Of a DNA stretch of 64,000 nt, positions 11,627 to 25,499 are shown piece after piece. The DNA is from Octopus sinensis (Eukaryota). Location: positions 104,594,001 through 104,658,000 of the forward strand of contig NC_043000.1 in the NCBI RefSeq assembly GCF_006345805.1, given 5' to 3'. The number at the start of each line of letters is the position of its first letter. Position 1 is the stretch's first letter. Below the pieces are notes generated by a model that did not search any database, was not told the origin of the DNA, and was given only the letters and a program-made list of their open reading frames with translations. The translations under genes were made by a program, and so were the position numbers.

Positions 11627-11875
11627 TGTGGTGTATATGTTTATGAATATTGAAACAAGTTAACATATAATATATACAATATTAAAAAAAAATGTACATA
11701 CATAGGCGAGGCCCTGAAAAAGGAAGTGACATACAAAGGAAGGTGAAAAAAAAAGAAACAATGGAAATGCGCGGTTGAGGGAGAGAGAATAACAGCAGCA
11801 ATTGCCGTGTCCGATGCAGTTCCGTAAGTAATAGACTTTTGCATTCTATGGCGTCTGGAACCCGGCATCACTACA
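11627..11875 (-). mobile_element. LTR-like segment related to 9654-10066 only at its 5' end
   Basis: Begins TGTAGTGATGCCGGGTTCCAGACGCCAT versus TGTGGTGACGCCAGGTTCCAGACACCAT in the other LTR, and ends CCACA. Confidence 0.5.
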
Positions 11876-12562
11876 GATTAAATCAAAGGAGCATTCTCCA
11901 TACTAAATACAAATACCGTAGGGTTTCCAGTCGCATCCCTAACGTATTTTTTTCTTAAGCACTGTGTTGTAATTTAATTGTATGTCCTCATAGATTCTAT
12001 CAATACCTAAGAATATGCGGTACCAAATCATCAAGAAATGTTATCGATGAGAGACCGGACGGATGTTCTATCAAGTGAAGCAGAGAAAGTAAGAGTTAAT
12101 CGCCTATTTGCCTGCTTCGCCTAAAGCTATGAAACCTGGGGCTTATCACCAACTCTTAATAAGAAAGAATGAAGAAAAGTGCATCACGTGAGTGATATGT
12201 GTTGAAAAGTATTTAAAAGGTGCTGAAATGCAATTATCAACTATTTATGACATCAGTCGATCAATTATACGGAGAATGAGTTTGAATCAGTTCACATCGT
12301 GTGACATCAGTTCATTTGAATGAAGTGGAAATAATAATAGTAATTATCAATTCATATTTGATTCGATATTCGATGAAAATAACAAAGAAACATCGTTAAA
12401 CGATTGATAACGACAGATAGCCAGTTGTATGTCATGTTATCTCCCCCAAAAGGGGGAAAATTGAATAGAGTTGAATGGAAGATAATAATAATAATAATAA
12501 TAATATAATAATAATAATAATAATTATTATTATTATTATTATTATTATAAGGAGGAGGAGGT

Positions 12563-12715
12563 GGAGAAGAAGAAGAAGAAGAAGAAGAAGAAGAAGAAGA
12601 AGAAGAAGAAGAAGAAGAAGAAGAAGAAGAAGAAGAAGAAGAAGAAGAAGAAGAAGAAGAAGAAGAAGAAGAAGAAGAAGAAGAAGAAGAAGAGAAGAAG
12701 AAGAAGAAGAAGAAC
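12563..12715. repeat. (GAA)n microsatellite
   Basis: Directly visible. Confidence 0.97.
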
Positions 12716-12835
12716 CTTACACTCGAACAGAAAACACTCTACGACAGGATAACAACAGAACTTAAAGAGGACAATGTCTATATATTTACATTATTTACAT
12801 TTGACGGATATTTGTCCGCATCTTTCTTATTGTTC

Positions 12836-12879
12836 ACACAACGTTTCGGCTGATATACCCTCCAGCCTTCATCAGGTGT
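12836..12879 (-). ncRNA. Minimal type I hammerhead ribozyme (PLE-type)
   Basis: Reverse complement ACAC-CTGATGA-A-GGCTG-GAGGGTATAT-CAGCC-GAA-ACGT-T-GTGT: stem I 4 bp, stem II 5 bp, palindromic ACGT in place of stem III. Confidence 0.85.
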
Positions 12880-12959
12880 CTTGGGAAAATTTCGAACCTG
12901 GCTTCTCATTCCTAAGGTATTTTTCGATGTTGTTGTTGTTGTTGTTATTTGCCCTAAAC

Positions 12960-13465
12960 TTGCCCCAGACCACTACAAGTTGTGGCGACACGATGAGGTA
13001 GCGAAAGTGCCAGATTCGAAACTTCGAAAAGTGAGGGCTAGAGAGAGGCAAGACGTGATGTGAGAACAAACCGCAGAGTGGCGGAATCGGACACTTGAAA
13101 ACTCCTCTGAGATTTTCCCATCCAAAAAGATCAGATGCTAGAACGTAACAGACCGGACCTAGTGGTGGTGGACAAGATGCACTACATGTGCTATATAGTT
13201 TATGTTGCGTGCCCCTTTGACCTACGAATAGTCAAGAAGGAAGGCGATAAAAGAGATACATACATACAATCCTCTTAAGTACGAAATAGCCCAGCTATGG
13301 AAAATGAAGTAGGTGAAGATAGTGCCAATTATTGTCGATGGAGACAGTATAAGAAGGCATCAAGAGGAATATAAAGAAATTGGAATAGAGTGCCCAGCAG
13401 AACTGTTACAAAAGGTTTGCCTCCTTGGTACGGCCAGGATTATCAGGAAAGTATTAGATAGTTGA
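12960..13465 (+). mobile_element. 3' RLE domain fragment of non-LTR retrotransposon
   Basis: RHDEVAK, ERNRPDLVVVDK, VACPFD, IVPIIV, LQKVCLLGTARIIRKVLD* in broken frames. Confidence 0.8.
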
Positions 13466-13546
13466 AAAGACCAGATAGAAGGCTACTGGCAGCAAGCCCG
13501 CTACGCATGCAAAACTCTAGGAGTTACAACAAAACCTGAGATAAAA

Positions 13547-13629
<83 letters not shown>

Positions 13630-13669
13630 AATAATAATAATAATAATAATAACAACAAAAACAACAACA

Positions 13670-16600
13670 ACAATTCTGGAGAGACATTTGGAGCCAAGAA
13701 GTGAAGCAAAATGACGATGCAGAATGATTAAAAAAAAAGGCAAATAATGCAGATTTGCCAAAAGAAAGAAACGTAGAGATCACAGATGAAAACTTGAAAA
13801 ATGTCTTGAAAGTGATGAAAAACTGGAAATCTCCTGGACCAAATCTGATTTTGGCTAAAATGTTTCATTGCACTCTACGACAGAATGAGTACACAACTAA
13901 ATAGTTGTATTGAGACAGGTGATGTTCCTGAATAGATGACAAAAGGCAGGGTCGGTGTTGATAGGGAAAGATCATATAGCATGTAACTACCGACTAATAA
14001 CTTGTCTTTCACTCATATGCAAGTTGTTGACAAGTGTTATTGCAAAGGATATGTATTAGTATCTTGAAGAGGGAAGTCTACTGTCAGAAGAACAGAAAAT
14101 GTGCAGAAAAGGTTCTAGAAGTACAAATGACCTATTATGTATAGATCAACAAGTCCTTCAAGAAATCAAAAGTAGAAAGAATAATCTAGCAACTGCATGA
14201 ATTGAATACCAAAAGGTATATCACAGCGTTCCACATTCATGTAACCAAACATGCCTCAATATAGTTGGGATAGCAGAAAATGTTGTTTGGCTCATAAAAC
14301 AGTATGTCAAAATGGAAAACTGTACTTCCATCTACTCAAGTTAAGTTAGATAAGGTCAGCATAAGAAGAGGAATATTTGAAGCTGATATTTTTGCAGTTG
14401 CTATTCGTTGTTGCTCTTATTGTTTTTACATTGACCTTGAGAGAGACTAAGTCATGTTCTGTTTATGGATGACCTAAAATGAGAAAGCTTTAAATTCATC
14501 GGTGCGGGCTGTTACAATCGTGATTGAGAACACTGGAAAATTTAAGTGTGTAGTGCAAATAATGAGAGGAAAAGTATCCAAGGTAGAAGGGATTAAAATC
14601 TTAGATGAAACAATAATCAAACCAATAAATGAAGGTGATGGTACAACTACCTTGTTGTACTAGAAGGAGATAGAATTCTTTATCAAAAAGTGGAGAAAGT
14701 GAAAAATGAATATTTCACGAGAATGAAAAGAATGTTAAGCTCAAAACTGAATGGAGGGAAAGCATCTCTGCAGTAAAAACATACGCGGTGTCTCTAACAC
14801 GATATTTTGCTACTTTCCTGAACTGGATTAGGGAAGAACTAAAATACATAGACTATAAAAACCAGAATTACAATGGCTATGTATAGGTCATTACACCCTA
14901 GAGACAGTGTTAAACCTATCATAGAAGGAGGAAAGGAGAGGACTAATGTCGATAGAAAACTGCGAGGAGATGGCAGAATGCGATATAGAAGAGTATGTGA
15001 GAAGCAGCGCAGAAAAACTGATTTCATCTACCAGAGGAGAGGAGAAAGAAACTATGGAGATCGCGAAAAAATACAAGAAAAAAAGGGAAAACAGGAACAA
15101 TAAAGAAACATCTGCGGAAAAGAGCTGCATTGTTGATATCTCAGACAAACGCATGATGTTGCAGTTGATGAATCTTAGTTATGGTTGAAGAATGGAGAAT
15201 TAAAAAAAAAGAAACGGAAAGACTCATTATGGCTGCTCAAAGTCAGGCAATACGAAAGAATATCATAAAGGCAAGAATAAACAAAACCATGAAAAGTGCT
15301 AAGTGCAGAATATGTAGAAAGAAAGAGGAGTCTATCGTGCACAGAATAAGTTCTTATAGTACTTTGGCACAAAAGGAGCATAGACACAGACACAATTGTG
15401 TAGCTGAGGCATTATATAGGGACATATTAAGGTAAAGAGCGTTTGAAGGAGGCTGAAAATGGTACTAACACCAACCGCAAAAAGTTACTGAGAATGATCA
15501 ATTTGAGGTGTTATAAGAAGGCATCAGGATGAATAGAGTTACCAGTAGAACTGATACTTGTCCTCATCTTTCTTATTGTTCACACAACATTTCGGCTGAT
15601 ATACTCTCCAGCCTTCATCAGGTGCCTTGGGGAAATTTCGAACCTGGCTTCTCATTCCTAAGGTATTTTTCGTAACTTTTCGAAACTTGAAATTTTCTCG
15701 AACCAGTTTGCAACTAGTGTCGCAGTCGGTATTATCCTGCATTCATAGGTTGAATATTAACTGGAATATAATATTTCTGGATCGCTATGAAATGGGTAAT
15801 CCGACTATATATAGATATAGGATGAACCAATATGACCTTGTTATTTTAAAGAAAGCTATCTAGATTGGCAGAAGGGAATCATGGAAATTGAAAGGGCTGT
15901 TAGCATTTCCAGTGCCAAAGTGAACAAGGCCTCAAGCTGCATTTCAATTCGTGCATTGAAGCTATTAAGATATCAAAGGCTATAGGCACTGGCTCTCCTC
16001 CTTTGACTAACATACATGTCACCCCTTGCACCTTCAAAAGAAAAAAATAAGAAAAAAAGTAAATAAATAAATAAACTATCAGAAGAATGCATTGAAATAG
16101 TTGATTGGTTAGAGTTACATAAATTGAGTTACATAGGTAGAGATAAATGGGTAGTAACAGTCTCCTTACTTGAAATGCAACTTCAATGGCAGGAAATATT
16201 GTGAATAGAATTTTCAAACATAGCATTTGAAGGAAAGACAATATACTGTTTCTACCATTATGTACGCCTACATATTGTAGTTAGACTGAATCAGTTCCAT
16301 GTAAAAAAAAAAAAATTGCTTCTGCTTCAAAAGCCCCTTGTATAATATCCTCAAAATATAACAGACAATGTTTTACTGTTTAATGGATTATAGTGATTCA
16401 CAAAGTCAGCAGCTGTCTCTATAGTAGATTATGCAATTGGTGTGGCTGTTACTTGTAGCAACAAGTAACCTTCTAAAACAGGAAAGAAACAAAAGAATTT
16501 TGATTCATGCTAATTCATTAAATTGTTAAATAATCTAACACTGTCAACTCACTTAAAACTGCTTGTTTATAGGTTATGTGTATAATTGCATATATAACGA

Positions 16601-16945
16601 GGAAAAAAAACTGCAATAACAGACTGTTCAGACTAACCGGCCGCAAAATTCAAGCAAGACAACCAGATATTCCAGACAAGAGAGTGCATCATCATAGATA
16701 TGGCTGTGTCTGCTGATATGAATGTAGCTGTTAAAGAACAAGAGAAAATAGGAAAATACCAGAACTTTGTTAGGAAAATACGAAGGCTGTGGAGGATTTC
16801 TGAAAAAGTAATCCCAGTAGTTCTAGACGCCCCAGTAACCGTTAACTACAGACTTAGTAGTTCCCTTATTGAGATTAGTGTATTAATACAGAAATCTGTT
16901 CTATTAGGAACTGCAAGGATTGTTCGAAAGGCCCGCGGTATCTAA
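13670..16945 (+). mobile_element. Degraded RLE-type LINE (RT, zinc knuckle, RLE) interrupted by an ~1.05-kb insertion at ~15540-16600
   Basis: KNWKSPGP (~13820), IRRGIF (~14360), FMDDLK (~14463), AAQSQAIRK...KCRICRKKEESIVH...RHN (15181..15435), then IIDMAVSAD...KEQEKIGKYQ...QKSVLLGTARIVRK (16700..16945). Confidence 0.8.
15582..15625 (-). ncRNA. Minimal type I hammerhead ribozyme, second copy of the 12836 family
   Basis: Same core and stem II; palindrome mutated (ACGT to ATGT). Lies within a ~110-bp repeat shared with 12818-12927. Confidence 0.7.
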
Positions 16946-17595
16946 GGAAATTGGTTGACCCGGTAGTAAGTACATGGATTCCAAATATAAAATATAACAC
17001 ATTTGTACGTATCATATGATGATGATGATGATGACGGCGATAACCATTTCTATAATAGCTATAAGGAAACTAAGAGATACAAAAAAGTAACAGGGTTTAA
17101 GAAGGCTTGTTGGGACGGAAAAATTATACAAAAGCAAGGAAGGGATGAAGGACGTGACATATATAAATGGACAAATTAAAAATTTATAAAACACAAAAAT
17201 CTACACAGAAATAAATAAAAAAAATATGAAAAAATTCTCCACAAAATCTCTTGCTTTAACATATATAATTTAAGCCTCCACTTGTATTGATCAGTGTACC
17301 CCACTTCCCTGATAACATTTGCGATGCGCTTCATCATAGTATTGTTCAGGAGATTCCAAAATCTTCAGTGAATAGTTTTCAGTTACTGGTCATAGTAGCA
17401 TTATTTATCATTAGTCCAATCACTGCGTTTTTTTCCATGAAACCAGGCAACTCAACTCTCAAACAGTACACCTGGTCCCTAAAGTTTTCTCAGGTATCGT
17501 CAAAGCTAGGATCAGCAAATTCATTAGAGACAGTTTCTCGAATGTCTATCTATGCCAACATTAATATCTTTACGAGCTTTTATATCATTCATGCA

Positions 17596-17885
17596 AACTT
17601 TTCGAAACTTGAAATTTTCTCGAACCAGTTTGCAACTAGTGTCGCATTCGGTGCTATCCTGCATACGTAGATTGAATATTAACTGGAATATAATCTTTTT
17701 GGATCGCTATGAAATGGGTTATCTGACTATATTTGGATCTAGGATGAACCAATATAGCCTTGTTATTTTAAAGAAAGCTATCTAGATTGCCAGAAGGAAA
17801 TCATGGAAATTGAAATCGCTATTAACATGTCCAGTGCCAAAGTGAACAAGGCCTCATGCTGCATTTCAATTCGTGCATTGAAGAT
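17596..17885. repeat. ~290-bp dispersed duplication of 15673-15960
   Basis: Direct repeat (AACTTTTCGAAACTTGAAATTTTCTCG...TTCGTGCATTGAAG), visibly diverged. Confidence 0.9.
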
Positions 17886-18600
17886 ATCAAATTTTCATAC
17901 TTTGGGACTGATGAAATGGCGTTATGAACCTACGATGGTTATGTCTGTTAGAGCATAATCCAAGAAAATAGAAGCATTTTGTCCACATGGCAGCGGTATT
18001 CGAATCTTCATAACGCAAGTTTATGCTGTTGGACGTTCAATTTGTTCAACTAAACTTATTATGACAAAAAGGACTTCACTATACCACTGCGCCCTTTGAT
18101 TTTCCGAACCAAAATAACTTTCAATTGTCTTTCCTTATCAAGAATGCTATGTAGAAATCCACTTCAAGTTTAGAATAAAATGAATTTTTGATCTGAGGAG
18201 ATTCTGCTGAAAAATCCAACATTAAAACATTGATCATCACCTGTTAAATGTGTTGGCCAGGTATGTAAGGATGATCAGTTAACGAACCCCAGAACAGCTG
18301 TTCTACGAAAAATGGAAAGAGTTCATGAAATAAGCCCAGAACAGATGCGTGGGTTGTATAAAAAGACAATTTAAAATCTCCAGGTATAAATGTTACCAAC
18401 GGCGAAGAGCCAGTGATCATTCGGAATGCATTCCTTTAAGGAATGATGTAATATGTCTGAGACAGGACAGATTTAAAATGCTGGCCTCAAACGTGGTTTA
18501 CATAAAGTCGCCTTTCTGAACCTGCCTTTCTGAACAACGATTTGGAGAGCTAGAAAAGTGATAACCGTGGATGTGCTCTGGTAATATTTACAGATACATT

Positions 18601-18815
18601 AAGGCAGTGAACTGTCAAAATAGTTACCGCACCGGGCAAAATGCTTAGCGGCATTTCGTCCTTTACGTCCTGAGTCTAAATTCCACCGAGGTCGACTTTG
18701 CCTTTCATCCTTTCGGAGGTCGATAAAATAAGTACCAGTTTAAGGACTGGGGTCGCTGTAATCGACTTACCCCATCCCCGGAGTTGTTAGCTTTGTGCCA
18801 AAATTTGAAACCAAT
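18601..18815 (+). mobile_element. tRNA-derived SINE with Nin/Deu-like core domain
   Basis: Head with A/B boxes, then GTCGACTTTGCCTTTCATCCTTTCGG.GGTCGATAAAATAAGTACCAG. Related copies at ~24165-24365, 27225-27365, 38140-38350 and 45630-45830 (+), and 31820-32020 (-). Confidence 0.8.
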
Positions 18816-19333
18816 ATTTATGGATACAGATATTTTACATACAGTGTACAGCAAAGCACATAGTCAAAATCTAGGCTACAAAGACACGTAGTACAGGCAG
18901 ACATAATCGGTGTATAAGATACGTTAAGTTTTGTTAGTGATATTTTCTTGTGACATTGTTAATCATTAGCTGGTCTTATGAATAATCCTAAAGTACATGG
19001 TCGTGTGACAGTAAACAGAAGTTGAATAAGCGATGAATAATGAGTCGGCTATCATCTGATAAGATGAAGCAATCATCATGTCTGTGTATGCATGCATGGT
19101 TGCCTACATGCATGTTTGCATGTATGTGTATGTATGTTTGTCTATATTAGGCATTACCTTATTTCAAGATCGCCATGTCATAGAATTCGACAACAGATTT
19201 GAGCTTTTGACATTGTTAAATTACCGGCACCTTTCTAACTGACTTGTCAAATACATATCTAATAAGAGAGTGAAAAGGAAAGGAACTAGCATCTCACATG
19301 ACTGAACTAGCGGTTAAAATATTTACGTTCAAG

Positions 19334-19835
<502 letters not shown>

Positions 19836-20699
19836 ACCTCCACACACACAAGTATGTATGTATATGTGTGTGTATGTGTGTGCGTGTGTCTATGTATGTA
19901 TGTAGTATGTGAATGTATGTAGTATGTGTATGTATGTATGTATGTATGTATATACATGTACAAACACCAGCGACTCGTTTTACGCTTCCTCTTAGAATGA
20001 ATGAAACCTCATAATAACGAAGCTGGTAATGAAGTTTAACTGCCAAAGAAACGTGGGAAAAACCATTTCTGTTTTTTGGCACTCCCGGAAATTTACCTTT
20101 TAAAATTGAACCTCTTGATAAGGAACCATCTCGTAGTTTTCATTTGCACGCACAAAAGACAGCTATCAATTTCAATCGATTTGATTTTGCACACTTGAGC
20201 ATTTTCTTGTGCAACGTTGCAACACTTGTGTAGCAATTTCGTAATTTCTTAAAATATAGTAATTTTGTTGTTATTTTTAAAATTAATTCAGTATACTTTT
20301 TATCTCATGTCACGTAAGTGTAAAGCAATATCATTTGACATCAAACTAAAGATTGTAAAGAGTAGGAGAAAGAGAAATGAAAAGTGTTGTCGCAGAATCA
20401 TTAGACTTGCACTTTAAAACCTACGATGAATCAATTTGATAAAATAAAAGTTGTCATAAAGAAATTTACAAGAGCTTAACGCTTCTAAACTAACATGTAC
20501 ACACAGTAAAATCATAAAAAATAGTGTTTGTGTTCATTTATCACAGCATCATGCACCACTCTCCTAAGCCCATTACACAGCAAAAGATGTCAAAGATATT
20601 TAAGCAGTTGAAACAAGAAGCTCAAAAAGTTATTCAAACGTTTGTTGCTTCTCACGGATGAAAAGTTAAAAAAGAAAAACGATTTAATCTCCATAGCAT

Positions 20700-21150
20700 T
20701 CGAGCATTCGGTAACAGGAGATTCACTTTATGTTGGTAACTCAAACTACATCGTAATTTACAGTAAAATTGAAGAATATTCTAAGAAGTAAATATTCACC
20801 AAATCTAGTTGTTAACGTAGATGAATATGGGCTATTATGAAAGTATTTCCTTTAGAAGCTTTTATCTTAAAAACGGGGAAAATGCACCAGAGTATAAAAC
20901 AGCAAAAGATCGTTTCACATTGTGTTACTAGGAGCAAATGCCACAAAAGACTGGGATATGAAACCATTGCTGTTTCATTTGCTTTGAGAGAGCAATGAAA
21001 GGTATCTGCAAATCTAGTCTGCTTCTTACAGAGAAATATAACAGAAATGCTTGGGTTACACAAGATTTGTTTCTTGAATGTTTCGTCGAACATTTCTTCC
21101 TCGCTGACAAATGTTTCTACGAATTTTTGCATTTAGACGACGCTCCTCGT
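20700..21150 (+). mobile_element. pogo/Tigger-like DDE transposase remnant
   Basis: NVDEYGLL, KDRFTLC..GANA, RAMKG, NRNAWVTQDLF, LHLDDAPRH match the pogo DDE motifs (VDETGL, KDRLT, KAWVT, LDNAPGH). Confidence 0.75.
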
Positions 21151-21812
21151 CATACTTCAAATCTTGTTCTACTCAGACTGTGCGTACCTGCTGAAGTTAT
21201 TTTTATTCAAATAAACAAAACTTCTGCGCTCTGGATTCAACTCTTACCGAAGTAAACTTCGCCTTTCATTCTTTTGGCGTAGACAAATACAGTACCTGTC
21301 CATGTTGATGATCAGTGGAATTGCTGGAGCGTTGGATGGTATACTTAACGGTATCTGTTCCGGCTCTGTGGCATGGAGATGAGAGTCTTGCATGTATAAG
21401 CAATAACATCTCTTACATAAAATATCCATGACCATATTAGTCTCATGAGAGATACGGAGGCCCTGAGTAAATATATATATATATCTTTTAAATTTGTTTA
21501 TGGGAAACGTTTTGAATATGCAAATAAAGCTCCTATTCCATTATTCCGGTCAGTCTAATGATGCTGACTGGTGAACCAGGTTTTTGGAGTTGCATCGAGC
21601 TGCATCGATATAATGTTGGATAAATATAGTAACAGCAACAATAATCCTTGGATGGAAGATATAAACATTTAATGCATCGCTTAAAATCACAGTCTGTATT
21701 CTTGAGATGATTACACTGTAATTATTTCAGGAATACGGACTGTGATTTTAAGAGACATGTGATTTGTGAAAACGTGCATTAAATGTTTATGAATCCTATC
21801 AAAAGGTTATTG

Positions 21813-21894
<82 letters not shown>

Positions 21895-21930
21895 ATATTA
21901 TATATATATATATATATATACATATATATG

Positions 21931-21961
<31 letters not shown>

Positions 21962-22036
21962 ACACACATACATACATATATATGCATGTGTGAGTGTATG
22001 TGTGTGTATGTTGTGCATGTATGTATATATGTGTGC

Positions 22037-22071
<35 letters not shown>

Positions 22072-22122
22072 TCTATCATTCTATCTGTCTGTCTGTCTGT
22101 CTTTCTGTCTGTCTCTCTCTCC

Positions 22123-22178
<56 letters not shown>

Positions 22179-22346
22179 CGTAATATAACAGTAGAATATA
22201 CCGATGATATATTTTACGTAGTGCAAAAATTATGTGGTAAAATACTCAATAAGCTGGGTAGAGTGGATAGGTATATTTATAATATCAAACTTAGTCTGAG
22301 CTTACCTTTAGCTGGGGTCACCCCTAAACACACACACCCCACACAT

Positions 22347-22385
<39 letters not shown>

Positions 22386-23774
22386 CACACACACCACGCA
22401 TGCTTTGCCTCGCTTTGTACCCTCAACTCAAAGGACCTCCTCATGATATACGCCGTGACTCGAACATTTTTAAAACTGGTACACGCCAACCCTCGTCAAG
22501 TCTGACCTCAGTCGGTTTCTTTCAGACGAGAGAAAGTCAGACAGAGAGAAAGAAAGAGTGCATAAAGGAGAAGAGTCGACCCCAGTACAGAGCTAGTATT
22601 TTATTTACTGGTTTCGGAAGGATGAAAGGTAGGTTGACTTCAGATCGTAGAGTACCAGAACGATTACCGCAAAGCAATCCGTTCCAACACTGTAAATGAT
22701 TGCATATATATATATGTGTACATGTATATGTGTGTGTGTGTGTGTGAGTGTGTATGTGTGTGCGTGTGTGTGTGTGCGTGTGTGTGTGTGTGTGTGTGTG
22801 CATGTGTGTATGTGTGTGTGCATGTGTGTGTAATTTGGCTCTCTCGATAATTATTGACCCATCTCGATAGTCTGAATATAGAATACTTATGCTTTGTAAA
22901 TTTTGTTTATTTTAAAATGAATTTGGAGGAGATTTTAAGCATCAAAGAGGACCGACATAAACAGACTAAACATGATGTATTTTGTCAACGGAGAGGGGGG
23001 AAAATGAAGTGAAGGGCTGGTTGGTAAAAGTACTTCACTTTCTAATGCACTCCGCCTCTTCTTTCTCATTCATTTATTTCTTTCTCTCCTAACCCACTCT
23101 CTTTCTCTTTTCCTCTCTCTCTCTCTCTTTCTCCTCAGAAACTGTGTTCATCTTAGTTTATCTTTTCTTCTTGTAGGTAGCTGGGTATTATTATTGCCGT
23201 CGTCGTCGTTTTTGTTGTTTAGTTCTGTTGGTTGTGCAGAGGTCTATAGGTTGAAAATTGATTCATTGATTATTGTTGTTGTAGTTCATATTGTTGGCAT
23301 TGTTGTCGTTGCTGCAATTGTTGTCAATATCGTTTAAGTTGCTCTGTTTGTTTTCTGACTGTAGAGCTGGATGCAGCTGCTGTTTTTTTTTGTTTTTATT
23401 TTTGCTGTTAATGTTTTAGTCGTTGTTGTTGGTGGTGTTGGTGGACGTCGTGGTGGTGGTATAACCCTAGGTTAGCTGTAATCAAGCAGTTCTGTGATAC
23501 GTAACTTCTGTGTACCAGTCGCACAGCCACAGTAAGGAGGCCTCAATGCGGTAGGGCGATTTGTTAGAATTAGCAGCCTAATCTCCCTCAGACTCCACTT
23601 TACTGTTATGGTTCTTGTTTAGCCATACATCAGCCTCATTGAGTCTACCTATTGCCAAAGGCATTCCATCTGAGGCTATCCCGGCGTGTATTTTTCTAAG
23701 ACATTAAAGTGTGATTCGGAGGCGATTTGGGCTGCTATTTCTTTTAGATCGAGCGAAATACAAGTTAGCTAGTG

Positions 23775-23825
23775 CAGTTGGTGCGATGGTGCAGTTGGTG
23801 CGATGGTACAGTTGGTGCGATGGTA
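23775..23825. repeat. 17-bp tandem repeat x3
   Basis: CAGTTGGTGCGATGGT(G/A) at 23775, 23792 and 23809. Confidence 0.9.
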
Positions 23826-25499
23826 CAATGGTGCTGTTGGTATTCTTAAGAATACCAAAATAGCATACATCAGAGCTAGGAGGAAAACAAGTTAAAGCCT
23901 GTAAGCTCTTGATCTTACAAATAGCAACCAAAACCTTTTCAGATCAAATGCTGCAATTGGGTGACATTGGGTATCGTAGTTTTAGATAACCCTTCCCATA
24001 CACTAACAGAAAAGAAAATATAACCCTAACTGAATGTCTTAATATGTAGTCTTGTTAATCATAGTTAACCAAGAGCAAAATAATGAAACTGTATGGCGCA
24101 GGTTAAGTTTGTAGTGTGACTTTGGTGTTGACAGTATGTTGTTATTGTCTATTATGTTAGGGTAGCGAGCTGGCAGATCGTTAGCACGCCACACAAAATG
24201 CATAGCGCAATTCGTCCGTCTTTGCAATTTGAGTTCAAATACTGCCGAGGCTGACATCGCTTTTCATTCTTTCGGGAGTTGAAGTAAGTACCAGTTGAAT
24301 GCTGTGGTCAATGTAGCCGACTGGACCCCTTCCCCATCGTTAGCCTTGTGCCTATAGTAGAAAAGATTGTTAATTATGTTACTAGCATGATATTGGGAGT
24401 TGATGATATGACAGGGTGTATAACTCGGAAACCAGGGAGTCTCTCCAGGTCGAACCACAGCTTTGGTACTACAGACATGTGATAGGAATATTGCAGGAAA
24501 GAATTACAAGACATTATTCAAACTGAGCAATCAGCTGGAGACCGAGGGGTAGACCAAGAATGAGGTGATTGGCTAATACCTATAGTCTCAGTTGGTCACG
24601 CTTGGGAAGCCAGCTGGAAAGTGTAATAACAGCTGCTTCTGGCAGGGACCTGTGGAGGAGGTGCCTGAGGACACTATCCCTACGATTTTCCTAGGTATAT
24701 TGAGGGAAAAAGATGGATGGAGAGTATGATGTCATCAGTTATGTTAGTGGTATTATATTGCTTGATATCGTTGATGCTGTAGGTTATGTTAGTTACATGA
24801 TATTGGTACAATTGATAATATAATGTTATTGTTGCTTAGATTAATGGTATGATACTTTGATGTTGAATGTATGTTATAATTAGTTATGTTAGTAGCATGG
24901 TATTGGAGCTGTTGTTTATATTGATGGTATGATATTGTTGGTGGTTATGATAGTCATATGATAAAGAAGTTGTTGATTATATATTCTTAGTTATGTCAGT
25001 GGTAGGACATTAATGGTGTTGATGGCATATTCTCCTTGCTTATGATAGAGGTATGATACAGGTTTTGATGAAAGTATGATATGATGCTAGTTATGTATAT
25101 GGTTTAATATTGCATTCATTAATAGTATTATGTTGTTTAGCATTTCAATCGTATAACATTAGTGATGTTAGATTTAATGGTATCGTTGAGTATGTTTGTT
25201 TTATGGTACAAGTGTTGTTGATGGCTTGATGTTATGTGCAATGTTATTGGTCATTAACTTTTCACTGTCAATGGAATGATACTGTTGGTTATGTTAATAT
25301 TTTATTTATATTGTTGCTTTCATTGGTCATATGAATGGTGAGATATTGGAGTTTTTTATGGTAGGATGTTGATGGCTATGTTAGTACTACAAGATTGGTG
25401 TTGATGGCTTAGTGTTGTAGTTGGTTATGTTAGTGATATACTAACAATTTCGTAAATGGTATAATGTCATTGTTTATGTTAGAGTACACTCATTGTTAA

